DNA of 64,000 bases, from assembly GCA_028283825.1 (NCBI GenBank), contig JAPWJW010000004.1, positions 2,292-66,291 on the forward strand. Reading direction: 5' to 3'. Numbering within the stretch: position 1 is the stretch's first letter; every line of letters begins with the position of its first letter. The translations under genes were made by a program, and so were the position numbers. This document shows, in pieces, positions 8,839 through 18,030 of the stretch. The notes under the pieces were generated by a model, which did not search any database, had not been told where the DNA came from, and saw only the letters and a program-made list of their open reading frames with translations. The stretch is from Azospirillaceae bacterium (GTDB taxonomy: Bacteria; Pseudomonadota; Alphaproteobacteria; Azospirillales; Azospirillaceae).

Positions 8839-9017
8839 CCGGCCGCCACACGCCGCCGGCCTGGCGCAGCGCCACAGCGCGCCGGCGCCGGTTCACCCCA
8901 GCGGCCCGCGCCCGGGCCTTCGCCTGCCTGCTGACCATGACGGGCGTCGTCATTTCCCCCACTCCCCGGCCGCGCCGTCGCGGCTTCATCACGCGGCTGA
9001 TCGCCGCCCTGTTCTGA
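8835..9017 (+). CDS. Small basic hypothetical protein
   Basis: ATGA overlap. Confidence 0.5.
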   Translation: MTGRHTPPAWRSATARRRRFTPAARARAFACLLTMTGVVISPTPRPRRRGFITRLIAALF

Positions 9018-9027
9018 GAGAGGCACT

Positions 9028-9813
9028 ATGCTTGACATCATTCTTGCGGATTTGGAGCCGATCCCGGTCATCCCGACCACCGCGCCCACCCTGGCCAAAT
9101 GCCTGGTGTCGCTGATGACGGCCTTCGACCGGACGGATGCGGAATTCGCCGGCGCCTGGCGGGCTGCCTGCGCGGCGTTGGAAGCCGTCCCCAGCGTGTC
9201 AGCCGCTGTCTTGACCCTGCAGGACGGCGATTACTGGCGGGCCGAGGACGGCAGCCTGGTGCCCGTGCGTGCGGTGAAGGAGGCGGACAAGGTCGAGGAC
9301 GGCTTCGTGCGTAGCATCGCCGCGGCCGCCCTGCAGCTGTCCGGCAGCCTCGCCCGGTTCAAGGGCATGGCCATGAGCGAGGGGCAGGCCCTGGTAGACC
9401 TGCTGGGCGCCGACTATGGCGTCAAGGTCGGGGGCACCAAAGGCAACGTGTCCTTCTACACCTATGACCGGGAATGGCAGGTGGAGTTGGCGAAGGCCGA
9501 CAAGTTGTCGTTCGGCGCCGAAATCCAGGTGGCGCGCGCCGCCCTGGAACAGTGGGTGCAGGAAGCCCAGGGCGCCCCTGAACTGAAGCTGATCATCAAC
9601 CGCGCCTTTGGCCTCGATGCCGAGGGGCAGATCCGGGCGAACGAGCTGTTCCGCCTGATGGCCTACGAGATGCCGGGCGAGACCTGGGCCGCCGCCATGA
9701 AGGCGTTGCGCGACAGCATCCGGATCGACGGCAAGGCGGAGTACTTGCGCGTCCGCCGGCGCAACTCCGAAGGGCGTTACGACCTGGTGCCCCTCAGCCT
9801 GGCCAGCGTGTGA
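9028..9813 (+). CDS. DUF3164-family Mu-like phage protein
   Basis: YWRAEDGSLVP, GGTKGNVSFYTYD, terminal VPLSLASV. Confidence 0.8.
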   Translation: MLDIILADLEPIPVIPTTAPTLAKCLVSLMTAFDRTDAEFAGAWRAACAALEAVPSVSAAVLTLQDGDYWRAEDGSLVPVRAVKEADKVEDGFVRSIAAAALQLSGSLARFKGMAMSEGQALVDLLGADYGVKVGGTKGNVSFYTYDREWQVELAKADKLSFGAEIQVARAALEQWVQEAQGAPELKLIINRAFGLDAEGQIRANELFRLMAYEMPGETWAAAMKALRDSIRIDGKAEYLRVRRRNSEGRYDLVPLSLASV

Positions 9814-9823
9814 GGGGGCGGCG

Positions 9824-10075
9824 ATGGAAACGAAGTTCTATGACCTGACCGGGGAAGCCAGCCCCCAGCAACAGCAGGCGATCCTGATGCTGTCCAAGGG
9901 CATCTACAGGGCCGCCACCGATCTGGGCGGCGTGTTCGGGCCCGGCATCACGCTGAACGCCCTGATCACCGCCTACGTCAACATGGCGATGAAGGCAGTG
10001 GGCGCCCCTGCGGTGGCTGACAGCCTGCGCCAGGCGGCCGACATCCTGGATGCGGAGGGGGCGCTCAAGCAATGA
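9824..10075 (+). CDS. Hypothetical phage protein
   Basis: RBS, operon packing. Confidence 0.6.
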   Translation: METKFYDLTGEASPQQQQAILMLSKGIYRAATDLGGVFGPGITLNALITAYVNMAMKAVGAPAVADSLRQAADILDAEGALKQ

Positions 10076-10314
10076 ACGTCCGCGACCACGATTGGTACGA
10101 CACTGAGGCGCAGAAGTCCCTGTACGGCCTGCAGGTGCACATCCCCTCCGTGGGCTGGTGCTTCGTCGCTCGGGCCGGGGCGCCGCTTCTATTCGCCACG
10201 GAGGCCGAGCGCACAGCGGAGCGGCAGCGCATGGCCGCCCTTCCGGAGCCGGCCACCCTGGCCGGCGTGGTGCGCAAGGCGGTGGTGACGGATGCGGGAG
10301 GGCAGCCGGCATGA
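10072..10314 (+). CDS. Hypothetical phage protein
   Basis: ATGA overlaps on both sides. Confidence 0.6.
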   Translation: MNVRDHDWYDTEAQKSLYGLQVHIPSVGWCFVARAGAPLLFATEAERTAERQRMAALPEPATLAGVVRKAVVTDAGGQPA

Positions 10315-10562
10315 CCGCGACCACCAGCCGCGACCACCCGCTGATCGACGCCCTGCGTGGGCTGTGCGAGGAGCACGATCTGCCCAGCGCCGTGCTGCTG
10401 GTCCCCAACCCCCAGGCGGGAACCATGCGCATGGTGGCCGTAGGGCCGGCGCCGCACGGGGCGGCGATTGAGGGCCTGGGCACCGACCTGCTGCAGGCCA
10501 TCGCTGACGGCCAGTTCGACAGCGCCGCGCTGGCCGTCCTGCAGGGGGGCGCTGTCCAATGA
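10311..10562 (+). CDS. Hypothetical phage protein
   Basis: ATGA overlaps on both sides. Confidence 0.55.
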   Translation: MTATTSRDHPLIDALRGLCEEHDLPSAVLLVPNPQAGTMRMVAVGPAPHGAAIEGLGTDLLQAIADGQFDSAALAVLQGGAVQ

Positions 10563-10930
10563 GCGACCAGCGTACATGCCCCATCGAGGGCTGTCCGGTG
10601 CACATCGACGGGACCCACCTGATGTGCCGGGCCCATTGGCTGCAGGTGCCCGGCTGGCTGCGCCGGAAGATCACCAAGGCCTGGCGCGACTACCGCGCCA
10701 TCCGCCTGTCCACCGACCACGTGGAGGTGCTGGCGGCGATCCGCACCCACCGGGTGGTGGCGGATGAGGCGGTGGCGTTCATCAACGCCAGGCCTGCCGC
10801 GGCGCCGGCTGAGGCCGAGGACGCCCCCCCGGAACATCTTCGCTGGCCGGGACCAGGCCCGGCGCCGGCCAGCTGGTGGGCCGCTGACGGCACCAAGGTC
10901 TACCGGGACTACGACGCGTACTGCGACTGA
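10559..10930 (+). CDS. Cys/His zinc-binding hypothetical protein
   Basis: CPIEGC...MCRAHW motif. Confidence 0.6.
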   Translation: MSDQRTCPIEGCPVHIDGTHLMCRAHWLQVPGWLRRKITKAWRDYRAIRLSTDHVEVLAAIRTHRVVADEAVAFINARPAAAPAEAEDAPPEHLRWPGPGPAPASWWAADGTKVYRDYDAYCD

Positions 10931-10980
10931 CCAACAGCCGCTTAACCGCCCCCTAAGAGGGGCTTTGAAGGAGAGCACCC

Positions 10981-11196
10981 ATGAAGAAAAGCGAGTGCAT
11001 CGGCGTCCCTGTTTCCCTCGACACGCTGGCCGCCTCCGTCGTCGTCAACACCCAAACCCTGGGTGTTTTCATCAACACCCTGGCCGAAGAAATCCAGGAC
11101 CAGATGGGCCACCCCCTCACCGTCGCGAAGGACATCGTCCGGTACCTCGACGACGACGGCCGGGACCTGCTGACCAAGCTGTCAGCAGCGATCTGA
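10981..11196 (+). CDS. Hypothetical phage protein
   Basis: AAGGAG RBS. Confidence 0.55.
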   Translation: MKKSECIGVPVSLDTLAASVVVNTQTLGVFINTLAEEIQDQMGHPLTVAKDIVRYLDDDGRDLLTKLSAAI

Positions 11197-11245
11197 CCCC
11201 CATCACCACCGGCCCCTGAGAGGGCCTTCATAAGGAGCAAAGAGC

Positions 11246-11518
11246 ATGAACAAAGCTGAACTGATCGACGCCCTCTGCGGCCAGGTGAACCCGGCGCACA
11301 TGCGCAAGAGCGACGTGATCGAGTTGATCGACCAACTGGCGCCGGTCATCCAGGCCGGCCTGGCCAAGGATGGCCGCGTGACCCTCCCCGGCGTCGCCAT
11401 CATCTCCGTCAAGGACGTGCCCGCGCGCACCGGCCGCAATCCGAAGACGGGCGAGCCAATTGAGATCCCCGGCAAGCGCAAGGCCGTGTTCAAGGCCGTC
11501 AAGGGTTTCCTGGCCTGA
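11246..11518 (+). CDS. HU-like DNA-binding protein
   Basis: MNKAELIDAL...PARTGRNPKTGEPIEIP. Confidence 0.92.
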   Translation: MNKAELIDALCGQVNPAHMRKSDVIELIDQLAPVIQAGLAKDGRVTLPGVAIISVKDVPARTGRNPKTGEPIEIPGKRKAVFKAVKGFLA

Positions 11519-11528
11519 CGGCTCACAG

Positions 11529-11552
11529 GCGCCCCGGTCCCGGCCGGGGCGC
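11529..11552 (+). terminator. GC hairpin after HU gene
   Basis: GCGCCCCGG-TCCCGG-CCGGGGCGC; no U-tract. Confidence 0.4.
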
Positions 11553-11589
11553 TCAGTGAACCGTCAGCCCCTAAAGGAGGGAATTCGAA

Positions 11590-12003
11590 GTGAACCAGAC
11601 ACATGCCGCCCGCAAGGCCATCAACCAGCCCATCGACATTCATGTGGGTGGCCGCCTGAAGCTGCGCCGTACCCTGCTGGGCCTCAGCCAGGAAAAGCTG
11701 GGGGAGGCATTGGGCCTGACCTTCCAGCAGGTGCAGAAGTATGAGCGCGGCGCCAATCGCATCAGTGCGTCGATGCTGCATCGCCTCAGCGAATTGTTGG
11801 ACGTTCCCGTCAGCTTCTTCTTCTTCGGGGTGGAAGACGCCACGTCCCAACCCGCGCTGACGGCGCCGGTGGACGAGACGCGGGATCGCGCCACGCTTGA
11901 GCTATGCCGTGCCTTCGGCCGCCTGACGCCGCGCCGTCAGGATTGGGTGCTGAAGATGGTCAAGGAACTGGCCAGCGACGCGCCGGCCCTGGCGGCGGAG
12001 TGA
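11590..12003 (+). CDS. XRE-family HTH regulator
   Basis: IDIHVGGRLKLRRTLLGLSQEKLGEALGLTFQQVQKYERGANRISAS. Confidence 0.9.
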   Translation: MNQTHAARKAINQPIDIHVGGRLKLRRTLLGLSQEKLGEALGLTFQQVQKYERGANRISASMLHRLSELLDVPVSFFFFGVEDATSQPALTAPVDETRDRATLELCRAFGRLTPRRQDWVLKMVKELASDAPALAAE

Positions 12004-12009
12004 TCGGCC

Positions 12010-12867
12010 ATGACCACCGCCCAATCCATGGATGGCCTGGTCACGCTGCGCGCCGACCTGTTGCGGCGCGCGTTGACCGAGACAAGCTGCCTGTCCGATG
12101 CGCTGGGCCTGGCCCGCCAGGCCTACGCCTTCGTTGCCGGGGAGGCTGAACCCCCAGCGATGCCCCCCCCGGTTGCTGCCCCATCTTTCAGCGCAACCAT
12201 CCGCCTGGACGAGATGGCCATACGCCCAGATGCGCCGGTGGTGGTCGTGCCCTTGGCTGCCGCGCCAGCGCCGGCCGCCGGCACCGGCCTGTGGACGGAG
12301 GCCGACAAGCACCTGGTGGTGCAAATGCTCCGTGACGGCGCCAAGGTGATCGACATCGCTGGCGCCGTGAGCCGGTCAGTCTCGGCCATCAACTCCTTCG
12401 TCCACAAGATGGGCGGCCGGGACGCGCTGCTGACCGTCGCCCCGGCTGAAGCGGAGCCGGCGGAACCGGCGCCCCTGGTGCCCCCGGTGCTACCGCCCAA
12501 GGGGCCCTTCACGGCGGATGAGGTACAGCGCCTGGGTCAGGCGCTGGAAGATGGGGCCACGCAGGAACAGGCGGCCGAGTACCTGGCGCGGCCCATCGAG
12601 GACATCCGCCAACAGCTGGTCAAGGCGGGCGGGCGGGACGCCTGGTTGGGGGAATGGCGCCGCGCCCAGATGCCGGCGCCCCCGGCGCCCGCGCCGCAGC
12701 CCTCCACCTTCAACACCTATCCCAGCCGCCGGGATGGCGCCCGGCCGGAGGTGACACCGGAGGAACGGGCCGCCATCGATGCGCGGGTGGCGGCGGGCGG
12801 CGTCACCCAGGTGGCCACGAATTTCCATCGGGGCCATGAACCCCAAATCCTCAAGGATCTGTCATGA
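12010..12867 (+). CDS. Protein with two GcrA/Myb-like HTH repeats
   Basis: WTEADKHLVVQMLRDG...IAGAVSRSVSAI and FTADEVQRLGQALEDG...AEYLARP. Confidence 0.55.
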   Translation: MTTAQSMDGLVTLRADLLRRALTETSCLSDALGLARQAYAFVAGEAEPPAMPPPVAAPSFSATIRLDEMAIRPDAPVVVVPLAAAPAPAAGTGLWTEADKHLVVQMLRDGAKVIDIAGAVSRSVSAINSFVHKMGGRDALLTVAPAEAEPAEPAPLVPPVLPPKGPFTADEVQRLGQALEDGATQEQAAEYLARPIEDIRQQLVKAGGRDAWLGEWRRAQMPAPPAPAPQPSTFNTYPSRRDGARPEVTPEERAAIDARVAAGGVTQVATNFHRGHEPQILKDLS

Positions 12868-13103
12868 CCAGCCAGATCGACATGGGGCGGCTGCGGGCGG
12901 AGTGCCTGGTGCTCGCCACCCGGGCGGTGCCGGACATCGCCGCGGCCGAGCGGCTGGCCGACCGCATGTGCGGCCTGGTCATCGCCGCCGCCACGCCGGC
13001 CCCGCTGCCGCCCCTGGTGAGCGCGCCGGCCAACACCGACGCTCTCACCAGTTTCCCGCCGTCCTGGTTCCGGGAACCCACCCGCATCGACCGCAAGCCC
13101 TGA
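12864..13103 (+). CDS. Hypothetical phage protein
   Basis: ATGA overlap. Confidence 0.55.
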   Translation: MTSQIDMGRLRAECLVLATRAVPDIAAAERLADRMCGLVIAAATPAPLPPLVSAPANTDALTSFPPSWFREPTRIDRKP

Positions 13104-13113
13104 GGAAAAGACG

Positions 13114-13599
13114 ATGAAGGTCAATGTGAACCAAGCGGTGCTGTTCCAGCTGACGGATCATGGCCACGCCTTGCTCCGTCAGTACTGCGACCAGGTGGCC
13201 GCCCGCATCGCCACGATGACAACTGGCAGAACAGATCAGGCTGCCGTTTCAGCCGAGCAGCTGGCCATGTACCTCGGGAACACCGATGAATTCGGCCGCA
13301 TGCGGATGACGCTGTGGCATTTCATGTCCGTCTTCGGGCCGGCCTTCATCCTGGGCAATCCACCGCCCGTGGTGGCCTGCGCCCTTGAGGTTGTCCCCGA
13401 CGATGGCCTTGAGGCTGCAGCTGCCGATGAGGCGGCCGAGTTGAAGGCGACGTTCGACCTGCGCTGGAAGGCCGACATGCGCGCCATCGCGCGTTGGCAG
13501 GCCGCCACGGGCAAAACTCTGACCTGGCCGGACCATGCCGACCTCTGCGTTTGGCTGATGGAACAGCTGGACGCCACCGCCCACGTCGAGAAGGCCTGA
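13114..13599 (+). CDS. Hypothetical phage protein
   Basis: GAGG RBS, operon packing. Confidence 0.6.
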   Translation: MKVNVNQAVLFQLTDHGHALLRQYCDQVAARIATMTTGRTDQAAVSAEQLAMYLGNTDEFGRMRMTLWHFMSVFGPAFILGNPPPVVACALEVVPDDGLEAAAADEAAELKATFDLRWKADMRAIARWQAATGKTLTWPDHADLCVWLMEQLDATAHVEKA

Positions 13600-13601
13600 T
13601 C

Positions 13602-14519
13602 ATGGGACGAGACACCAGCATCGAATGGGCTCGCCACACCTTCAATCCGTGGTGGGGGTGCGTGAAGCTGAGCCCGGCCTGCGACAACTGCTATGCCGAG
13701 GCCTGGGACAAGCGCACCGGCGGCGATCACTGGGGGCCACACGCCGAATACCGGCTGTTCGGCGACAAGCACTGGAATGAGCCGCTGCGCTGGAACAAGG
13801 CTGCCCTGGCCGCCGGGGAACGGCACCGCGTGTTCTCCGCCAGCATGGCGGACATATTCGACAACCGGGCCCCCGAGGCCGAGCGGTACCGTCTGTGGGA
13901 GTTGATCCGCGCCACGCCCGCGCTGGATTGGCTGCTGCTGACGAAGCGCCCCCAGAACATCGCCCAGATGCTGCCCGCGAACTGGGGTGAGGGCTACCCC
14001 AACGTCTGGCTGGGCACGACGGTTGAGAACGAGGCCGAGGCGGCACGGCGCATCGATCACCTGTTGAAGGTGCCGGCCGCCCTGCATTTCCTGTCGTGCG
14101 AACCATTGCTGGGGTTCGTGAACTTGGAAACGCTCCCCAGGACGGTTGCCGGTATTCCCGGGGTGATGAATGTCCTCACGGGCACATGGCGCCGTTCAAG
14201 TTCCTTTCTCACGCCGCCGTCATCGCATCGGGTGGTTGGCCTTCCCGAGATCGATTGGGTCATTTGCGGCGGGGAAAGTGGGCCCGGCGCCCGGCCGATG
14301 GATCCGGATTGGGCGCGCTCCCTGCGAGCGCAGTGCCAGCGGGCTGGAGTGCCCTTCCTATTCAAGCAGTGGGGCGACTGGCATGCGGACGCCCTCCGTT
14401 TCACCGAGGTCGGAACCGGGGCGTGCCCACCAGCAAATATGAGGGTGGGAAAGAAGGCGGCCGGCCGCCTGCTGGACGGCGTGACATGGGACCAGGTCCC
14501 CCAGCTGGGGGAGCGCTGA
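13602..14519 (+). CDS. DUF5131 (phage Gp37/Gp68) protein
   Basis: TSIEW...FNPWWGCVKLSPACDNCYA, LLTKRP, SCEPLLG, WVICGGESG, FKQWG. Confidence 0.92.
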   Translation: MGRDTSIEWARHTFNPWWGCVKLSPACDNCYAEAWDKRTGGDHWGPHAEYRLFGDKHWNEPLRWNKAALAAGERHRVFSASMADIFDNRAPEAERYRLWELIRATPALDWLLLTKRPQNIAQMLPANWGEGYPNVWLGTTVENEAEAARRIDHLLKVPAALHFLSCEPLLGFVNLETLPRTVAGIPGVMNVLTGTWRRSSSFLTPPSSHRVVGLPEIDWVICGGESGPGARPMDPDWARSLRAQCQRAGVPFLFKQWGDWHADALRFTEVGTGACPPANMRVGKKAAGRLLDGVTWDQVPQLGER

Positions 14520-14522
14520 TCC

Positions 14523-14732
14523 ATGGATCAGAATGAGATTAATCGCGAACGGACCACCCGCATGTTGAGTGCGGCCATTGTCGTGCGGGCGGCCGCGAAG
14601 GCGACAGGCCTGGCACGTGGATCGGTGGACTGCCCGCTCTGCACTGGGAAGGTGCGGTTCGCCGTCAACCCCCCAAATGGCCACGTCCGCGCCGCCTGCG
14701 AAACCCCGGATTGCTTCTCGTTCATCGAATAA
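14523..14732 (+). CDS. Small zinc-finger-like protein
   Basis: CPLC...NGH...CETPDC. Confidence 0.6.
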   Translation: MDQNEINRERTTRMLSAAIVVRAAAKATGLARGSVDCPLCTGKVRFAVNPPNGHVRAACETPDCFSFIE

Positions 14733-14746
14733 GAGGGGGACCGACT

Positions 14747-15016
14747 ATGCCTGCCACTCTTGCCCTGGGCTGCCTGCTGACCAAGCTGCGCAGCAATCGC
14801 GCGCTGACCAGCGCTGATCGCGTCGCTGCCCGCCGCGACCTGGTCGCTGCCATGGCCGGCCAGTCCCAGCCCATCGACCGCGCCGCAGCCGAGGCCGCTG
14901 TGCACAGCCTGCTGGCCGAGTTGCGTCAGATGGGGTTCAGCGCGGCCGACCTGGTCGAAATCTTCAATGCCGGGGCGTTGGACCGCACCGGCCCCGTGGG
15001 GGTGCGCCATGGCTGA
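14747..15016 (+). CDS. Hypothetical phage protein
   Basis: GAGGGG RBS. Confidence 0.5.
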   Translation: MPATLALGCLLTKLRSNRALTSADRVAARRDLVAAMAGQSQPIDRAAAEAAVHSLLAELRQMGFSAADLVEIFNAGALDRTGPVGVRHG

Positions 15017-15725
15017 TTTGCGCGCCATCCGGGACAAGATCAGGGCGCTTCGGGCCAAGACCGTGAAGAACGGCTGCACCGAGGCCGAGGCCGCTGCGGC
15101 GGCCGAACTGGCCATGCGTCTCATGTCCACCCACGGCATCGATGCCGAAGAGGTTGAACAGCCTGAGTTTGAAGAGGCAGAAGAGGCTTTGGCCGCGCGC
15201 CGGTCCGCCGTCGATAACCTGTGGCCCTACGTCGCCATGGTCTGCGGTTGCACCCTCTATCTCACAGGCACCGGTGATCGGCGGCGTGTGGTCTATTTCG
15301 GCCTGGCGCCCAATCCCGAAATCGCGGCCTACGTGCACGACGTGTGTCACGGCGCCGTCCGCCGGGCCGTCGCTGATTTCCGCCAGACGCCGGAGTACAA
15401 GCGCAAGCGCCTGGCGCGCACGCGGAACGAGCTGGTGCGCGCCTTCACCGAGGCCCTGGTTCAGCGCGTTGGCTCCCGCCTGGTCGATATGCGGTTCGGC
15501 ATCGGCTGGGGTGACCTGAAGAAACTGAGCCGTCAAGCCAAGCAGGAACTGGATCTCCGGCACACCGACTTGCGGACGCTGCCGCCGATCAAGACGGCGT
15601 CGCAAGGCGCTCGCCTGGGGAATGCGCGCCTGGCGGGCGCCATGGCCGGCAACGCCGTGGACATCAACATGGGCGTCGCGGGGCAGAAGGACGTGAAGCG
15701 GCTGGGAGGGGCGAACCATGGATGA
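15009..15725 (+). CDS. DUF2786-like domain protein
   Basis: RDKIRALRAKTVKNGCTEAEAAAAAELAMRLM. Confidence 0.75.
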   Translation: MADLRAIRDKIRALRAKTVKNGCTEAEAAAAAELAMRLMSTHGIDAEEVEQPEFEEAEEALAARRSAVDNLWPYVAMVCGCTLYLTGTGDRRRVVYFGLAPNPEIAAYVHDVCHGAVRRAVADFRQTPEYKRKRLARTRNELVRAFTEALVQRVGSRLVDMRFGIGWGDLKKLSRQAKQELDLRHTDLRTLPPIKTASQGARLGNARLAGAMAGNAVDINMGVAGQKDVKRLGGANHG

Positions 15726-15873
15726 TGTGTGCCCGGTCTGCGGCGCCGTTTGGGGCATTGAAGAGATGGATTTCGGGGTCTGCGACTGCTGCGGCTACCC
15801 CGATGACGACTTCTTTGAAGGGCAGATGGATCCGGAAACCGACGTGGTTCCGGCGGGGACGGCACGCCCATGA
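15718..15873 (+). CDS. 51-aa acidic CxxC-CxxC protein (below ORF-track cutoff)
   Basis: MDDVCPVCGAVWGIEEMDFGVCDCCGYPDDDFFEG...; GGAGG RBS; overlaps both neighbours. Confidence 0.65.
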   Translation: MDDVCPVCGAVWGIEEMDFGVCDCCGYPDDDFFEGQMDPETDVVPAGTARP

Positions 15874-16296
15874 CCACCGCCGCTGCCATCCGGGCCGTGC
15901 AGGCCTGCCGCCGCAAGGTCGCTGGCCTGGACGATGACGCGACCTGGCGCGACCTCCTGCACCAGGTCACCGGCCTGCGCAGCCTACGCGACATGACCGG
16001 CCCTCAGCTGGGCCGCGTCATCGACGCGCTGCACGCCCGTGGGGCGCCGAAGGGCCCCGGCCGGCGCGTGCTAGCCGACGATCCGCAGTCGATGAAGATC
16101 CGGGCGATGTGGCTGGCGCTGGGGAAGATCAGCCAGGTCAAGAGCACCACCGAGGCGGCGATCTCCGCCTGGGCCGGCCGCCAGCTGGGCAAGCCGGTGG
16201 CCGATCTGCGCCTTCCTGACAGGCGCAGATCGGCGCCGGCTGATCGAGGCGCTGAAGCAGTGGCATCAGCGTGTGGGGCTGGACACCGATGCGTGA
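15870..16296 (+). pseudogene. gemA: GemA/Mu gp16 (DUF1018) with +1 frameshift at about 16211
   Basis: GLDDDATWRDLL...TGLRSLRDM, KIRAMWL; removing one C restores LRFLTGADRRRLIEALKQW and a stop at 16296. Confidence 0.85.
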
Positions 16297-16300
16297 CCAG

Positions 16301-16969
16301 CTACCCCTTGATGGCCTTCAGGGCGTCGTCGTTGAGGTCGGCGAACATAGCCAGCATGGTGCTGACTATGTGCTCCTCCTTAATCATGGCGTGATCATAG
16401 ATGTAGGCCATGCGGATGATTTGCTCTTCCGCATTCTGCAGATTGTTCTTTTTCTCGATCAGCTTCAGGTCGGGCGTGAGGTAGGGGGCGCGATCCACAT
16501 CCGCGTTCTTCTTTGCGGCGTCATTCCTCAGTTCACCCTTCAGCTCTTCATACTTGGCCTTGGATTTTTCTTCCGCCGTGACCATGGCGGCCTCCCAGTT
16601 ATCCATCGCCGACGCAGGGACTTCGAGGGCCTGAGCAATCTTGATGATGTTGGGCAGGCAGAGGCGGCTTACCCCTTCGCGAGCACAGTCGAAGTGCATC
16701 GCCCAGCCCCTCTGAAAGGTCTTTCCCACGTTCATAACGGCCTGCAGCGTTTTCTGCTGCTGGGTATTGAGAGCCCCATCCGCCTGAGCCTCACGTGTCT
16801 TGTAGTCGATGCGTTTGAGGGTCTCGCCCAGTTCGGCCGGCGTGACGCCCTGTTCCAGGGACACCTGCAGGCGCAGCAGCTCATCCCGCACAGCACGGCG
16901 GTCGTCATCCTTCTGGCAACCGGTCAGCATCAGTGCGGCAACCAGCGCCGCCACGGGAATTGCACGCAT
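16301..16969 (-). CDS. Antisense moron lipoprotein
   Basis: Signal MRAIPVAALVAALMLTG|C lipobox; lower GC. Confidence 0.8.
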   Translation of the reverse strand: MRAIPVAALVAALMLTGCQKDDDRRAVRDELLRLQVSLEQGVTPAELGETLKRIDYKTREAQADGALNTQQQKTLQAVMNVGKTFQRGWAMHFDCAREGVSRLCLPNIIKIAQALEVPASAMDNWEAAMVTAEEKSKAKYEELKGELRNDAAKKNADVDRAPYLTPDLKLIEKKNNLQNAEEQIIRMAYIYDHAMIKEEHIVSTMLAMFADLNDDALKAIKG

Positions 16970-17037
16970 CACGTCCCCCAAGTTGCAAAGCTGCTGCGAC
17001 ACTACCGCAAGGTGGCGGGGCCGGCCAAGGTGGGCGC

Positions 17038-17409
17038 ATGATCCGCACCGCCCAATTTGACGAACTCGTTGAAGAGGTCGGCATCACCGCCGCCACGGCG
17101 CTGTCGCGTCAATGGGGCGGCCGGGGGCTGTACATTGCCCACAAACCGGGCCCCTCCAGCCCGCTGGCGGCGGTCGTTGGCATGCAGGCGGCGCAGTTGC
17201 TGGCCCGGCGTTATGGGGGCACCGAACTGGCCGTGCCCATCTCCCAAGGCCGGCGGTCCCAGGTGTGGCAGCTGCGGTGCGAGGGCGCCTCCGTGCGGCA
17301 GATCGCGAAGACCACCGGCTATACCGAACGGGCCGTGTACTACATCCTGGCCGAACAGGATCCAGAAGCTGGCGAGCCGCCGCTTCTTGCGCTGATGGGT
17401 AAGGTCTGA
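17038..17409 (+). CDS. Mor/C-like late transcription activator
   Basis: LSRQWGGRGLYI...RYGGTELAVP + C-term HTH; position before lysis genes. Confidence 0.8.
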   Translation: MIRTAQFDELVEEVGITAATALSRQWGGRGLYIAHKPGPSSPLAAVVGMQAAQLLARRYGGTELAVPISQGRRSQVWQLRCEGASVRQIAKTTGYTERAVYYILAEQDPEAGEPPLLALMGKV

Positions 17410-17445
17410 CACCCTGCCGCACGGCGCTGACCAGGTCGCGCCGCT

Positions 17446-17473
17446 TCCCCCCTGAAATGTTTCATCCTTATCC
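17446..17473 (+). promoter_or_regulatory. Late promoter/activator site 1 (lysis operon)
   Basis: TCCCCCCTGAAATGTTTCATCCTTATCC, 27/28 identical to 25027-25054; dyad TGAAA-TG-TTTCA. Confidence 0.75.
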
Positions 17474-17535
17474 AAGCCATCCCCGATAGGCAGTTTGAGG
17501 GCTCTTAAGACCCTCTTCGTGACCTGCAGGTGGCC

Positions 17536-18030
17536 ATGGCCGAACCCATTTTCGTGCAGTTGCGCGTGCGCCTGGTCGAGCCGATCCTGGCTCGGATCAG
17601 CACGCCGACCCGGCGCCTGGATAGCCGGGCGGCCGTGAACCTGGTTTTGGGCACCTGTGCCCAGGAAACCGGCTTCAACTACCTGGCGCAGTATCCCACC
17701 GGACCGGCGGTCAGCCCCTGGCAGATCGAACCGGCCACGCGGGCGTCCGTCGTCAAGGCGCTGGAAAAGTCATACCCGGACCTGGCCGAAGCCGTGGCAG
17801 CGTTGCTGGTGCCCGGCATTGATCCCGACGTCCAGTTGGCCTGGAACCTCGCCTACGCCGTGGCCATCTGCCGCTGCCTTTACTGGCTTGAGCACCGGCC
17901 GCTGCCGGTCGCCAGCGATGGGCCCGGCCTGGCCGCCTACTGGAAGGACTTCTACAACACGCACCTCGGCAAGGGGACGGTTGAGGAATTCCAGCACAAC
18001 TACACCCTTCACATCGGAGCTTTCTCATGA
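17536..18030 (+). CDS. Putative endolysin (lysozyme-like)
   Basis: First late gene; LVLGTCAQET, WQIEPAT, AAYWKDFYNT motifs. Confidence 0.65.
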   Translation: MAEPIFVQLRVRLVEPILARISTPTRRLDSRAAVNLVLGTCAQETGFNYLAQYPTGPAVSPWQIEPATRASVVKALEKSYPDLAEAVAALLVPGIDPDVQLAWNLAYAVAICRCLYWLEHRPLPVASDGPGLAAYWKDFYNTHLGKGTVEEFQHNYTLHIGAFS

